IMG/VR virus record: IMGVR_UViG_3300024346_000017
Location: 49,109 to 113,108 of that record
Reading direction: 5' to 3' (one strand)
From: a virus
DNA: 64,000 nt
The position numbers were made by a program, and so were the translations under genes. Below the pieces are notes generated by a model that was given only the letters and a program-made list of their open reading frames with translations, did not search any database and had not been told where the DNA came from. Shown here piece after piece: positions 30,601 through 39,302 of the stretch; positions within the stretch are counted from its first letter, which is position 1, and each line of letters begins with the position of its first letter.

Positions 30601-30689
30601 CTAATATGATTGTTAAAAAGGCTGAAGTTGTTATTGGACAAAAGGCTAAGGTTAATGTTAAAATGGTTGGACAGGGGAAGAATATATAA
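21627..30689 (+). CDS. Tape measure protein (3020 aa) with accessory modules
   Basis: TP901-type minor-tail domain near N-terminus, hydrophobic segments, coiled coils, GPGTSTSDSIPAMLSDGEYV module; follows chaperone genes. Confidence 0.93.
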   Translation: MADQNIVTNITATANFSSLTAQLQAVTSQLLKLQATTIGLNKNLTSQVGVMNRQFDETMRSTGQFARHFVTLTSDVSKFGQNLDSGRMKLSQYFQTWQGHTRKTSSLVKELAKQQVMLENAVVQPLGKNAQGLMQYNVMVQSGLDVTKNKSALLRQELAIMNKVMMDGSNQLINWGKNTQWAGRQLTVGLTVPLAAFGMAAAKAFREADQELVRLTKVYGGLTATSSADLLQVRKDVIAVSRELASGLGANFKETIGVAADIAATGKQGAELIDSTRQTTRLAILGEVDRQDAMKATLAIQTAFSQNTMELAESIDFLNAVENQTSTTLEDLVTAIPKAGPVVKALGGDVQDLALYLTAMREGGINASEGANALKSALASVINPTKVAKEMFMGLGIDLAGIVDKNAGNLTGTIMALKDSLDSLEPLQRARAIEQLFGKFQFARINALFENLGKQGSQTLQVLDLMKASTQDLASISERELNALTESASGKYRRALESVKAELAIVGEQFLKVGAFVLNAIDGILKFIGNLPGPIKAVLGFIGSLTAIAGPIIMLTGVLANFFGYIIKGVLALKNIGKGGTGFKLLTPELMAAASAAETVEQSFYSDTKAAATFSDAVLTLAASFEKLKQSAMSSTIATSNSMSTVAGNPVMGVGGRIVDKSHPLVGRAYSRDMSHLTPTGSLTPEQRARETIFSTVPGPKPVNQRISNSPQVYMDGDLPKIPGITSVNGVSTGVVAAEAAKWHSMTAAIAMQSKAELAVLKTEIAATGTITASLADSYQALLPQMTKVTTLAAQETAMIVQQLQAGKITVEAARAKIFALNAQVEAMIAQTATGVATAQARTLSLTTVPLTTQPVVNAAGRSNMKELFHKSETSKMVDVIARALGVRTSGAGYSIETTKPRFNTGGQIESFGANKTRVSGPASISYDDRMGSVPLNGYVLNQPASLDPRNAPLVQAAASTHQNSGGNITALLTPQETVFGPGIQENPELFAAVDAANNGIPFSSFMGGGNITLSRSNYGAINPAVMARILGQLFRRNPKLSKEILKGRDLRLTGAEARAYQEGVFGSALKSSSRALGREYYFVGNWGGRLRSSVNSALAHGAARRSDIVSDLMHSTSQQALPSLTRFLQVNKVSPDKIQLITDRARANIVSSLSGTGKIGEAEWSRIQHREYLAAAKELRLRKEYLESLNVPGQRRGHSTDPAARGIQAETALNPYGTTDLGKLISANDQNGTRFMGSYRTYGIERINGEPTALAHMMPKFNSGGRIGGMIRSGKYNYGVMGNVLKSLAMRRIGAGFGPTGAPKPSTYESAPWGVSSLSIKAADTLFADTGLRKNSQKLLYDKFAAALAQEKPYGYVKGVNGELRNALEPASLDSVIRKAASDLMSDRRAYMQLSPIDRDILRKKYLNWESKKDTPITESLKQRIFGSSTPGFMGGGIIRRGKNAYGVKGNPAARAAQEAAKRARREAFEQRTGSDPEYREGPLTGSKTTVVGNGGVRTNVYGLQGSLPYAPGLGLPFQRANIAIDSMFSSIGNSLKTASDRLIVKARMLPDQIKSSMMAVTGSIQQLGTSIKTVATGASAAIASSVRSFASSYKPGGSEILKYGAPGAFIGTREDRGARITGSFKANAAYSTAAMMHPIQYLKTKGIGADPNTPLGSGNMGNMVGMMGGMAAGTAIGGKLGGQNGAMMGSMVGMMAGQSVIKGVGGMIAKRAAASAATAGLASAGFGATAAAAAGLVAPLAAVTAAGYAGYKMWKHYKEGQTLNISTFGMTAEAAKKANLRFTDFGSKIKDTIQDSKDMAAANKLVYESMKDGGTPFQMSIAEYKKLKKEVKETFGEQIKALDRQPSNKVPDAVRRIKEQLIAAGMSADEATKKVFTMLQLSNKKDQSITATMGNNSFKNITDPQSAAVSAVTSFGADTKDQGNKEKAASLNTALMATETGINDLIAKRERLVAKDLSGKTKSLTYAEAEKIMIDKINKSKEAGTVITQGTIDEMAKTNPEVRKMINGSDTVVSVWQKIRLEAQGFEGDLSQLNAAQTKLIADSFAAISDAVVAKNRGGILKDQYASLDKLEKQIKNYTKALKGQSVAEQISDRDRLKALNKQIEAINKLAESRKKALAAAQEDANLGRQIEKVRLEIQNAVSVGDTEKAQSLRIDLESLTSQQQTDAQMKAIDTAAEAATKPLKAAMDAITNKQEKLGDAAALAGESLDKLKDRYDKQQAAIKKVNDSMTALYGNAAAAGLTVEAYAKKNKEASAGFVAAMEAATGAAMPKYKEKTYYNGSMLVTEKVPIAPYENALELLAKSGAATGVNEALANSIKGGATLKDVVDAVNGKNGKPALRKDIVVKGDYSNSKEDKEFDGKKVKVLNAEARDAIRKRLKLEPGETFIVDGQKYKQNTTGGTPIWVGPAPQTPALHEGGKISGPGTSTSDSIPAMLSDGEYVFSAKAVDAAGGPDAVDSLHKALRRADGGPIGKQKPQKQQLPFFPWRHDLPDYWSNGAPTGNPRTGRWGELRYNPSKGKDIWGGTEIPGLKFTGKTPQQSDYWHQMTEQPSKSRGPGMGIDKDPMRLAGSGASMGFSGNGAYGFGPLLFAEGGSVKKQNWFQRYVASLTKSSDSLPAWARDPLGVQALLRNIAGQGRKGDNLSSALMPLNFMGVGKLGKTAASSVPKVVGSVSHLTPEMKSFSMADIDAKAIQALSKLDPSSIKIPETGITFSPSSARAALEGWKQTGDAAGASLWEIVQAQRETLLKAKYPKIDFSDVAKFNEYYAKEFYDLLPDEAIKLFKGVRSTAGDAWRTGQKDLGTYFSTNPHVAALYSAMIGKAKIGEELPMFSIDKRISELKNFLGEGAIRNGSAQGSMEFPQVLGGEDLSRILPNIYSLPGQVYGQMFGATAKSLKEIKNLWPSGFAQGGYVPKFKNGINVVPQDMLAMIHKNESIVPASMNPFNPDAAMPKYNFNRSSFNVRGDGAIGASYTVNQNIYASDGMDVEALSNMIVKKAEVVIGQKAKVNVKMVGQGKNI

Positions 30690-31141
30690 TGGCAACAGCT
30701 TTAATTTTACCAGCAGGAGCAGCTTTGTCTCTACAAGACGATGCTGGTGTTTTCCATTCATTAACTGAACATAACAGAAGTCCCATAACAGTAGAAACAC
30801 AAAGGTTCGAGAAGACTTCTAGAATGGCCAATGGAAGCCTTAGAAAGCTGTTTATAGCCGATAAGAAGACAGTCTCTACCTCCTGGAGCATGGTTCCCTC
30901 ATACAATAGTATGACCGTAGACGGATACTGGGGAGCAGAAGATATAAAAAACTTTTATTTAAGCACTCATGGACAAGGCACATTTAATGTAAAAATTGCA
31001 TATAATTCTACAAGAACAGAAACCTTCCTTGCCTCATTTACTTCATGTTCAGCAACTATGGTAAGAAGAAATGTAAAAGAAAAAGCGGCGGACACAGCAC
31101 AAGTATTTTGGGATTTATCTATTTCACTGGAAGAAGTATAA
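30689..31141 (+). CDS. Distal tail (Dit)-like protein
   Basis: RMANG.LRK..IA.K, WDLSISLEEV; directly after tape measure gene. Confidence 0.65.
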   Translation: MATALILPAGAALSLQDDAGVFHSLTEHNRSPITVETQRFEKTSRMANGSLRKLFIADKKTVSTSWSMVPSYNSMTVDGYWGAEDIKNFYLSTHGQGTFNVKIAYNSTRTETFLASFTSCSATMVRRNVKEKAADTAQVFWDLSISLEEV

Positions 31142-34100
31142 TGCAATACGTAAGCCCATCAACCTTAAGTTTAATTAATGAGTCTGCATCTTATTCAATG
31201 TCGGGCGGATGCTGGCTAGAATATAATATGAACGATTTGATTTTAGGCGCTAAAGTAAGAGGGCCAAATGGAACTGATGAAAATCCAGAAGGCACTCTTC
31301 AAATAACACAAACTGTTAATGGTAAAACATACTACCCATATAAAAAACTATTCCCCTTAACAAATATAATAGATCCAAGAAGACCTTCTTCTGCGGGCAT
31401 AAGCTATTTTTTATTAAACAAAATGGCACCAGTTGCTATACCAAAATATAATGTTTCAAAAGAACTTCCCTCCAGACTTTATTTTGCCAGTGCAAAGAAT
31501 CAGTATAAGTATTTCTTGGCTGGACCAGCAGAAAATCTTTCTCTGCCTAACTGTAATATTAATGTAGAGTACCCAGTATTAAAAACAGCTGTAGCAAATG
31601 TTATAGTTGTTAAATTTGAAACTTCATACTCAAAGCCAGTCAGCTGGTCAATTAAAATAAAAAACCATCAGGACGTAGAGGCGACTATATTTACAAATAC
31701 AGTTGTATCAAGTAGCAACACAGGAGTATTTGAACTTTATTACAATGGTGGTCTTTGGTCAAGTCCTTCCTCATGGTCAACTACAAAATTTACAACACCA
31801 TCAATTCCAGTAGATATTAAAAACATTACTGTAACAGTAAGCACAATTAATAAAGCAAACTCATACCTAGGCGTTATTGAAATAGGAGCAAAATATATAC
31901 AAGATGTTTCTGACAGAGTAATTTCTTTTCAGGCTTCAAAAATGTCTTCAGATAGTTCATCTGGAATTGTTCCAGTAGGATCAGTAACATCAAACGCATT
32001 ATCCTTATCCTTAGAAGGATTTGATAAAAAGGGAATAGAGTACGATAAAACTTACGCATTTAATAAGAACAATATTAATTTATATAAAAACGTTAAGATG
32101 ATTCCATTTAATAAAATAGGATCAGATATGATTTTTCAAGGAGTATTTTATATAGATTCTTTTAGTATATCTGAGTTTGGAGATATTGATATTCAGGGAC
32201 TAGACGGAGCCAAATTTTTACAAGAAATATTAGCTCCAGATATTGTAATTCAAAATGCTCCATCACAGGCAATCATTAGAAGGCTATTGGACGGCATAGG
32301 ATTTACTTCCTATAACTTTAATACATATGCAAAAGACAGTACAGACTTAACCGATACAGCTACCATAGTCCCGCTATTTTGGTATACAGAAGATACAAAG
32401 ACAGTCTGGGAACATATACAGGATTTATGTAGAGACACACAAATGATAGCTACATTTGATAACAACGACATACTTCAATTCTATCCTAGAGACTATCTGT
32501 TTGATAAAACAAGAGGAACTAACTTTAAGTTTAGAAGCGAAAAAAAATTATTAAATCTACCCAATATAATGTCTATGAGTAAAGAAACAGTGCCTTCAGT
32601 TAAGGCAGTTAAAGTGATTTATTCTCCAATAATAAGCACAAACTATTCTGGTTCTTCAGACAACCTTTACGTTTCTCCACCATCAGCAATTGGTGCAGCC
32701 GCCTTACAATCTACTTTATTAGCAACACCACCTGTTACAGTAGACGCCCCATTAGGAGTGGTTACTCTTGCACCAATAAGCGTGTACAGTTCTTTGGCCG
32801 ACACATCTTTTTATAATAAGTCTGGATATTTTTTAATAAATAATGAAATAATTAAATATGATGCAATTGAATTTCAATACGAGCCTGTTTCTGCACCGAA
32901 CACTCTTGTAAAAAAATGGATTACTTCTGACTCAGATATAGCAAAGTGGCTGGGAGAAAGTAAAATAGGTTCTTTTAAGTCAACGCTAAGGTATAGAATT
33001 AAAGAAAGAAATTCATTTAATGCTACTGGTAAAGGGGTTGGTGTTGGAGAAGAGCACAAGGTAGAGATTAATAAGTTAAAGGAGGAATGGTTTGGATCTA
33101 GGCTAAATCTTTCTGCAAAAACAAATGTTGGAGATCAATCAGTATTTACATTAAAGCAGACGGAAAAGCAGTCAGAGGGTCCAGTAGTAAAAGAAGTAGA
33201 AGTATCAAGATCACTACTTCACATTGTTACTCCCCCAGCATCTAAAGAATATTATTGTGCATCAATTACTCCAGATACCGTTAACATATCTACAGAAGAA
33301 TATTTTTCTGTAGGAACGGCATTGTTTTTTAAACTTGCAAAAGATAAGTTTGGAAGAGTAACTGGAGAGCAGGCAGTATCTGCTGCATTAGGAATAGGGC
33401 TTGACTCTAATAATTTAAATGGTTACATATTAAAAATTTCAACTTCACAAAATGTTGCAACCAAAGGACTAGAGTCTAAAGACGTTCAGCTGTGGAAGAT
33501 TGTAGACGGTAAAGAAACAAAAATTACGGATACGCAAAAGACTGAAGATAATTCAATTACTGGAGTATCTGGCGGAAAGTTTTATAGAATAGATGTAAAA
33601 GTATCTAAGGCCACAACTGGTAAAAAAATATTTAAAATTAAATTTAATAATCAACTCATTACGGCAACTGATGAATCCCCTATAGCAATAAACTCAAAGA
33701 TCTCACTTATTGGAATTGAAGGAGAGGCAGCCTTTGACTATGCATACTGCTCTTCTTTAACTAAAAATGAATTTAACTCTTCTACCTCATACGACAACTA
33801 CGGCTCATATATTTCAGCATCAAACGCCCTACAGAATTTGTTTGGAGATTTTGTTTTTACTGGATCTAATTCTTCTTCTAAGGCTCCATGGATAAAAGAG
33901 TTTGGGCCAGTAGCAAGAGAAATAAAAAAAATATCAACTAAATATTCAACAAGGCCAGGGCTTGTTAAATATCCTCAGATAATATTAAATCCAAACGTTA
34001 CCCTTATAGGGTATAACGCAAACTCTTTTGGAATAGAGGCCTACATACTAAATAACACTGGCGCATTTGTTGACATAGCAGATGGCGGAGAAAAAAGCTT

Positions 34101-34470
34101 TATTGTTGTTGGAGAAACAATAACAACGTTAGACCCATTTGAGTATATAGACCCATTACTTTCTTCAACTAAAAATGAAGAGCAGGTTGCCTTTGAGTCC
34201 ACATGGATACAAAAAGAAGAAGAGGCAAAAAAATTATCTGAATGGATGAGAACTCAGTGGTCAAATCAACAGATTGTTTTGACCCTTGATATTTTCCCTA
34301 ACCCGATACTTGAAATAGGAGATATTGTAGAAATATCTTATCCTAATAACTCAGTGTATTCTACAGAGGATACAGGCAAAACGGCAGGCAAATATATAGT
34401 TTTGGACATAGAGCAGGCCTATAGCTCTGACCCATCTACAAGAATAACATGTAGGTCGATTTATGTTTAA
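31141..34470 (+). CDS. Baseplate hub / tail tip protein
   Basis: TAATG coupling at 31139-31143 gives start 31141; WEHIQDLC....ATFDNNDILQF and C-terminal PNP.LEIGDIV.I hub motifs. Confidence 0.75.
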   Translation: MQYVSPSTLSLINESASYSMSGGCWLEYNMNDLILGAKVRGPNGTDENPEGTLQITQTVNGKTYYPYKKLFPLTNIIDPRRPSSAGISYFLLNKMAPVAIPKYNVSKELPSRLYFASAKNQYKYFLAGPAENLSLPNCNINVEYPVLKTAVANVIVVKFETSYSKPVSWSIKIKNHQDVEATIFTNTVVSSSNTGVFELYYNGGLWSSPSSWSTTKFTTPSIPVDIKNITVTVSTINKANSYLGVIEIGAKYIQDVSDRVISFQASKMSSDSSSGIVPVGSVTSNALSLSLEGFDKKGIEYDKTYAFNKNNINLYKNVKMIPFNKIGSDMIFQGVFYIDSFSISEFGDIDIQGLDGAKFLQEILAPDIVIQNAPSQAIIRRLLDGIGFTSYNFNTYAKDSTDLTDTATIVPLFWYTEDTKTVWEHIQDLCRDTQMIATFDNNDILQFYPRDYLFDKTRGTNFKFRSEKKLLNLPNIMSMSKETVPSVKAVKVIYSPIISTNYSGSSDNLYVSPPSAIGAAALQSTLLATPPVTVDAPLGVVTLAPISVYSSLADTSFYNKSGYFLINNEIIKYDAIEFQYEPVSAPNTLVKKWITSDSDIAKWLGESKIGSFKSTLRYRIKERNSFNATGKGVGVGEEHKVEINKLKEEWFGSRLNLSAKTNVGDQSVFTLKQTEKQSEGPVVKEVEVSRSLLHIVTPPASKEYYCASITPDTVNISTEEYFSVGTALFFKLAKDKFGRVTGEQAVSAALGIGLDSNNLNGYILKISTSQNVATKGLESKDVQLWKIVDGKETKITDTQKTEDNSITGVSGGKFYRIDVKVSKATTGKKIFKIKFNNQLITATDESPIAINSKISLIGIEGEAAFDYAYCSSLTKNEFNSSTSYDNYGSYISASNALQNLFGDFVFTGSNSSSKAPWIKEFGPVAREIKKISTKYSTRPGLVKYPQIILNPNVTLIGYNANSFGIEAYILNNTGAFVDIADGGEKSFIVVGETITTLDPFEYIDPLLSSTKNEEQVAFESTWIQKEEEAKKLSEWMRTQWSNQQIVLTLDIFPNPILEIGDIVEISYPNNSVYSTEDTGKTAGKYIVLDIEQAYSSDPSTRITCRSIYV

Positions 34471-34475
34471 TGAAA

Positions 34476-34484
34476 TGGTAGAAT
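34476..34484 (+). promoter_or_regulatory. Extended -10 TGGTAGAAT (leaderless)
   Basis: ATG 34491 is 6 nt downstream; no SD. Confidence 0.6.
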
Positions 34485-34490
34485 CTTTAT

Positions 34491-34871
34491 ATGGTTAGAA
34501 AAAATCCTAAAATAGGAAAATCTCAAATAGCTGGTGGAATCAAAGTCCAACTGCCACTAGACTCACCCCTAATTGGTATATTAAAAACAGATCAATACGA
34601 TGTTGTAAATCTATATACAAACGAGGTAGATAAGACTTATGTTCCAGGAGAAGGCTCTGATGGACCTCCAGAACCGCCGCCAGAACCAGCTCTAGCTCCA
34701 AACCTAGAAGACATTACTCTTATAGGGAAAACAGGCAAAAGATATTCTTCTGGAGCAATAATTACTGATCCAGAAATATACTATGACTCAAACAACAATA
34801 GGTTTCTCAGGGTTACCTTTGAAGTAAAAAACAGCGTAGGAGATATCGTAAAAGGGGCCATTGTAATATGA
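34491..34871 (+). CDS. Hypothetical tail protein with Pro-rich linker
   Basis: GPPEPPPEPALAP; tail module context. Confidence 0.6.
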   Translation: MVRKNPKIGKSQIAGGIKVQLPLDSPLIGILKTDQYDVVNLYTNEVDKTYVPGEGSDGPPEPPPEPALAPNLEDITLIGKTGKRYSSGAIITDPEIYYDSNNNRFLRVTFEVKNSVGDIVKGAIVI

Positions 34872-35755
34872 TAACAAAATTTGGTAAAAGATTTATTACT
34901 TCTTATTTAGCGAATGGGCTTAACTTTAATCAAAAAGATATTGCAATAGGAATAGGCTCAACAGCAGCAACCGTAAACGACACAGACTTAGAATTTGAAT
35001 TTTATAGAACTGGAGTAAGTTTAGGAAGCATAGACATACAAACAAATACATCTACTGGACAAACAACTTATGCTGTAGTGTATAAAGCTACTCTGCCAAC
35101 AGATGCAGAAGGCATTATTTCAGAAATTGGAATTTTTCCTACAGCTTTTGCTCAAAATACAGACTACTCTTCAAAGTATATATCTTCATTTGAGAATACA
35201 TCTTCTTGGCTTGACAGTGCTGGTAACCAGCCAATAGCAGTTTCAACTCCAACTCCAAAAATAGGATCTTCATTTTTTACCGTATCTGCTGTTAGCGGTG
35301 GATCTAAATCGTATAGCCTAGATACTATATTTGATATTTCTGGATACGGTGTAGATGACAGCATAAGTTTTGCATTTTACCAATCTGATTTAAACTTAGA
35401 TTATGTTTACGCAAGATTTTATAGCTCTGCCTCTAATTACAAAGAGGTTAGATTTTCTGGATCCACGTCTATTGGGCATAAGGTATTAACCACTAAGTTG
35501 TCAAATCTTTTCAACTCAGCATTTACTTCAGCTGGAGCAACAGACTTTGCCAATATAATGAAGATCGAGGTTGGCGCAAAAGCAAAAACTTCTTTATCTA
35601 CAACAGTGCTTTTAGATGGATTAAGGCTAAATGATGACGATAGATATAATCCTCAGTATGGACTTATAAGTAGATCAGTCCTATCCAGCCCAATAGTAAA
35701 GACACTTGGCGTAGAGATGGACATAGAATATAAAATTAATCTAGGGTTCTTATAA
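34868..35755 (+). CDS. Minor tail / fibre adaptor protein
   Basis: MITKFGKR, IAIGIG....DT.L.FEF.R, ISEIGIF motifs. Confidence 0.65.
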   Translation: MITKFGKRFITSYLANGLNFNQKDIAIGIGSTAATVNDTDLEFEFYRTGVSLGSIDIQTNTSTGQTTYAVVYKATLPTDAEGIISEIGIFPTAFAQNTDYSSKYISSFENTSSWLDSAGNQPIAVSTPTPKIGSSFFTVSAVSGGSKSYSLDTIFDISGYGVDDSISFAFYQSDLNLDYVYARFYSSASNYKEVRFSGSTSIGHKVLTTKLSNLFNSAFTSAGATDFANIMKIEVGAKAKTSLSTTVLLDGLRLNDDDRYNPQYGLISRSVLSSPIVKTLGVEMDIEYKINLGFL

Positions 35756-38499
35756 TGAGATGGATTCAGGTTCACGATGGCGGCGGAGAGACTATACCAG
35801 CAGACCAAGAGAGATCAGATGCGGATGCAGCAGCAAATGCAAATAAAAAAACTCCAGGCTCATTCACAGTACAAAAATCAGGATTCAATGTTGTCCAAGG
35901 TGGGGTCTATAAGATGGCCTTTGCGTACTTGTATGAAGATCCAGATAATCCTTCCGAAACAATAGTCGGTCCTAGTTCTCCAAATTTTACATTTACTTTA
36001 GACACACCAGATTTAACTAGAGCAGTTACGGGCTTAGTTGTTACTCCTGGACTATTATCTTATGGCGTTAAATGGGATTTAATTGATAAATCATTGCCTG
36101 AAAACAAATGGCTGATCGATATACAAATATATGAAAGCTTAACTGGAGCATTTGCAGGAGAAGAGTATTTAGTTTGGAATGGAAATGGTAACTCTGCAAC
36201 AATTTTAGTTTCTGATACAAACAATAGATGGATTCGTGTTTATACTAGAGATGCAGATTTTCATAAAAAAGGTGTTACCGCTGGTCCATTTAAAGCAACC
36301 GACCCTATTGTAGTAGATGTAACTGGTCCAGGAAATGTTGATTCTGTAACTACATCTGGCGGACTAGACACCACAGGAGTTGTAGGGTTTAACGGGTATG
36401 CACAAATATCGTGGCCAGCAGTTACTGGAGGTGGAATACGTGGATATAGAATAAGATTTAGACCAGTGACTACTCCAGAGTCAAGCTATTCCTATGCAGA
36501 CTCTCCTGGAACTGGAACTTCGTACAGACTTGCGGGACTAGGTGCAGGCTTAGTTTACGATATAGCGGTTGCAACATATGATGAATATAACAATACATCT
36601 TCTAGCTATGTTCCTGGAACAAATGTTACTGTTGGTGGAACTCCTTATATTGCAAGTACAGTAGATGTTTCTGGATATTTTAGAGCAAAAGCAAATTCTA
36701 CTGATGCAGATTCAACTGCATTTAAATTTGGATACGGAATAGAGACTGGCAAACGAGGACTATTATTTAATGCAAGTAACTATTGGCATATAGATTCTAA
36801 CCAATCTGCTTTATTTAAAGTTGGAGGACCAACTGCAAACTACCTTTTGTGGAATGGCACTAAGCTAACTATAGATGGAGATATTAACGCAAAGGGTGGA
36901 TCCTTTAGTGGTAACATTTTTATGTCAACAACTGGAGCATCTATATATAGTGGAACAATTGACACTGCTACTGGTAACCTAACTGGCAACGGATTTGCAT
37001 TAAACTCAACTGGATTAAAAGTTGCTAATGGAGTTAACTCAGTAACCTTATCCGCTGCAACTGGAACAATTACAGCAAATGCAGGTTCTATTGCTGGATG
37101 GAATTTAAGCGGAACAACTTTATCAAAAAACAATGTAATACTTGACAGCGCTGGACAAATACAAGTTGGATCAACAGCAGCTCAAAGTGTTTATCTGAAA
37201 TCTTCTGGAAGTTTTGTTATGTGGGCTGGAAACAACACTCCAGATGCAAATGCTAAGTTTAGAGTAGGAGTAGATGGAACGCTATATGCAGCTGGTGCCG
37301 TACTTGGATCGAATACAACTGTAGACGGATATGCAACCACCGCAACAACAACTGGAATAAATACAAGGCTTACTACAGCAGAAGGTACTGTTTCTACATT
37401 GGGTACAAACGTCACAACATTATCTAATAGCGTTGGAACTATATCTACTGGCTTAGCTACAAAGAACACAACTTTTGTTGGAGGCACCGCACCTACTGCC
37501 AATAGAGCTGGAGACATCTGGATAGACACTAATAGCGGAAACGAATTAAAGACATGGACAGGATCTGCATGGACAAGCAGAAGAGACACGACCTTTGCAA
37601 AAACAACGGATTTAGGCACTAAATTAAATGCCACAACTTCTATAATTCAAAGCACGGTAGATAATAAAATTACAGCTAATGCAGCAGGACTTGAAATATT
37701 TAGTGGTTCTGCAAATAGCGGATTAAAATTTACAGGTACTGGATTTTTTGGATACAAGAACAGCGTACCAACATTCTCAATTTTATCAGATGGAACCGCG
37801 ACATTTGCTGGTACACTAAGCGCAGCAACAGGATCATTTACTGGAGCCGTAACTGCTACCTCTGGAGTCATTGGTGGATTTACTTTAACTGGCGGTACAG
37901 ACTTTACTGCAAAACTAGATGTCAATCCAAGAATTATTTTTGGCAATAAGATTTTAATTGGCTCAATTGATTTAGGAGGCACTAGCGGAGATTATGGATT
38001 AAGAATAGGTAATCCATATGGAACTGCAGGTGCATCTTTTAGAATCAACACAGCAGACGACGTAAATAGATTTTCTGCAGATAGCGCTACAAGAACCTAT
38101 GCTGGAGAAGTAAGAAATGCTCTTAGAGCAGCACCAATTAGATCTATCGGCGCTGTTGTTACTGAATCATCTTCTAGAAGATTCAAAGAAAATATAGTTT
38201 CAGCACCTAAAAGATATTACGACAGAATATTAAATGTTGATCCAATGTTTTATACCTACAAGACAGATAGCGAAGAAGTTCTTCCAGAATTGCGTGGACA
38301 CCACAGATTTGGTATGATAGCTGAAGATTTAGAAGAAGCTGGTCTTGGATACTTTGTTGAAAGAGACCTGCAGGGTAGACCAACTAATCTAAATGACATG
38401 ATGTCATTCCCTTTGCTTTTAATTCCAATTATTAAAGAATTAAAACAAGAGGTACAATCACTTAAAGATTCAATAATAGCAATGGGGGGAACTGTATGA
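35755..38499 (+). CDS. Tail fibre/spike with FN3 domain and C-terminal S74 chaperone
   Basis: ISW.....IRGYRIR.R FN3; AG.IAGW/SG.IGGF repeats; SSRRFKENI...FGMIAEDL. Confidence 0.8.
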   Translation: MRWIQVHDGGGETIPADQERSDADAAANANKKTPGSFTVQKSGFNVVQGGVYKMAFAYLYEDPDNPSETIVGPSSPNFTFTLDTPDLTRAVTGLVVTPGLLSYGVKWDLIDKSLPENKWLIDIQIYESLTGAFAGEEYLVWNGNGNSATILVSDTNNRWIRVYTRDADFHKKGVTAGPFKATDPIVVDVTGPGNVDSVTTSGGLDTTGVVGFNGYAQISWPAVTGGGIRGYRIRFRPVTTPESSYSYADSPGTGTSYRLAGLGAGLVYDIAVATYDEYNNTSSSYVPGTNVTVGGTPYIASTVDVSGYFRAKANSTDADSTAFKFGYGIETGKRGLLFNASNYWHIDSNQSALFKVGGPTANYLLWNGTKLTIDGDINAKGGSFSGNIFMSTTGASIYSGTIDTATGNLTGNGFALNSTGLKVANGVNSVTLSAATGTITANAGSIAGWNLSGTTLSKNNVILDSAGQIQVGSTAAQSVYLKSSGSFVMWAGNNTPDANAKFRVGVDGTLYAAGAVLGSNTTVDGYATTATTTGINTRLTTAEGTVSTLGTNVTTLSNSVGTISTGLATKNTTFVGGTAPTANRAGDIWIDTNSGNELKTWTGSAWTSRRDTTFAKTTDLGTKLNATTSIIQSTVDNKITANAAGLEIFSGSANSGLKFTGTGFFGYKNSVPTFSILSDGTATFAGTLSAATGSFTGAVTATSGVIGGFTLTGGTDFTAKLDVNPRIIFGNKILIGSIDLGGTSGDYGLRIGNPYGTAGASFRINTADDVNRFSADSATRTYAGEVRNALRAAPIRSIGAVVTESSSRRFKENIVSAPKRYYDRILNVDPMFYTYKTDSEEVLPELRGHHRFGMIAEDLEEAGLGYFVERDLQGRPTNLNDMMSFPLLLIPIIKELKQEVQSLKDSIIAMGGTV

Positions 38500-38699
38500 T
38501 AAGATTTTTTTGCTCAATATGCATAGACGACATAGACCTAGATCCAACAGACATGTGCCTGACTTGCTGCGAGGCAACTTGCCCAGAATGCGGAACTGTT
38601 CTTAGAAGCCTATATGCTAGACCAGAAAACCCAACAGAGGATATGTTGGGTCTTGCCGCATACAATCAAATTAATGCTATAGACACAAATACACCATAA
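38496..38699 (+). CDS. Small Cys-rich metal-binding protein
   Basis: CSIC...CLTCC...CPEC; ATGA-coupled. Confidence 0.6.
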   Translation: MIRFFCSICIDDIDLDPTDMCLTCCEATCPECGTVLRSLYARPENPTEDMLGLAAYNQINAIDTNTP

Positions 38700-38708
38700 T
38701 GGTATACT
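38680..38708 (+). promoter_or_regulatory. sigma70-type promoter
   Basis: TAGACA-17-TATACT with TG extension. Confidence 0.7.
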
Positions 38709-38730
38709 GTAAATCTATCAAGGAGATATA

Positions 38731-38877
38731 ATGGATAAAGCAGAATTAGTAATTAGCGCACTGCAGCAAAGAATTGGCGAGCTTGTCTCAAATTATGAGA
38801 CGCACATTGCTATTCTTCGTGCAGAAATAACACAGCTTCAGCAGGCACAAATGTCTGAGGAGCCAGAGGAGAAATAA
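38731..38877 (+). CDS. 48-aa coiled-coil protein (absent from ORF track)
   Basis: SD AGGAG; MDKAELVISALQQRIGELVSNYETHIAILRAEITQLQQAQMSEEPEEK. Confidence 0.75.
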   Translation: MDKAELVISALQQRIGELVSNYETHIAILRAEITQLQQAQMSEEPEEK

Positions 38878-38878
38878 A

Positions 38879-39292
38879 ATGGCAGAACAATTAAAGTCTA
38901 TGCAGGTTAATGAAGGAGATCCAATTACTTCAGAGCTACTATCTAACATGGTATCAAACATTAATCTAATTAATGCTATGGCAAGTAGCACTACTGGAAC
39001 TCCTGCAACCCCTGGAGTACCTGGAGCAGTTCAGGTAATTGATAGTGGTAGACCTTCAGTTCCCTGTAATACAGCAGGCACTGGAGAACTCACAATTCCT
39101 TTTAAAAAGACTTTTTCTGTAAGGCCTAATATAGTATGTACAGTATGGCAAACAAGCGGGAAAAACTTTTTAACACATAAATATATACCAGTTGTAACAA
39201 CAGCAAGCGCAACAGAGTTTACTGTAAGAATGATGCCAGTAGGCGCAACAGCAAACGGAAACGTTTATGTTCAATGGATTGCTACTATCTAA
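38879..39292 (+). CDS. Small tail-fibre protein with H-type-lectin/gp53-like C-terminal domain
   Basis: IPFKKTFS..P.IV, TEFTV, VQWIA; SD GGAG. Confidence 0.6.
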   Translation: MAEQLKSMQVNEGDPITSELLSNMVSNINLINAMASSTTGTPATPGVPGAVQVIDSGRPSVPCNTAGTGELTIPFKKTFSVRPNIVCTVWQTSGKNFLTHKYIPVVTTASATEFTVRMMPVGATANGNVYVQWIATI

Positions 39293-39302
39293 CAAATAAG
39301 TA

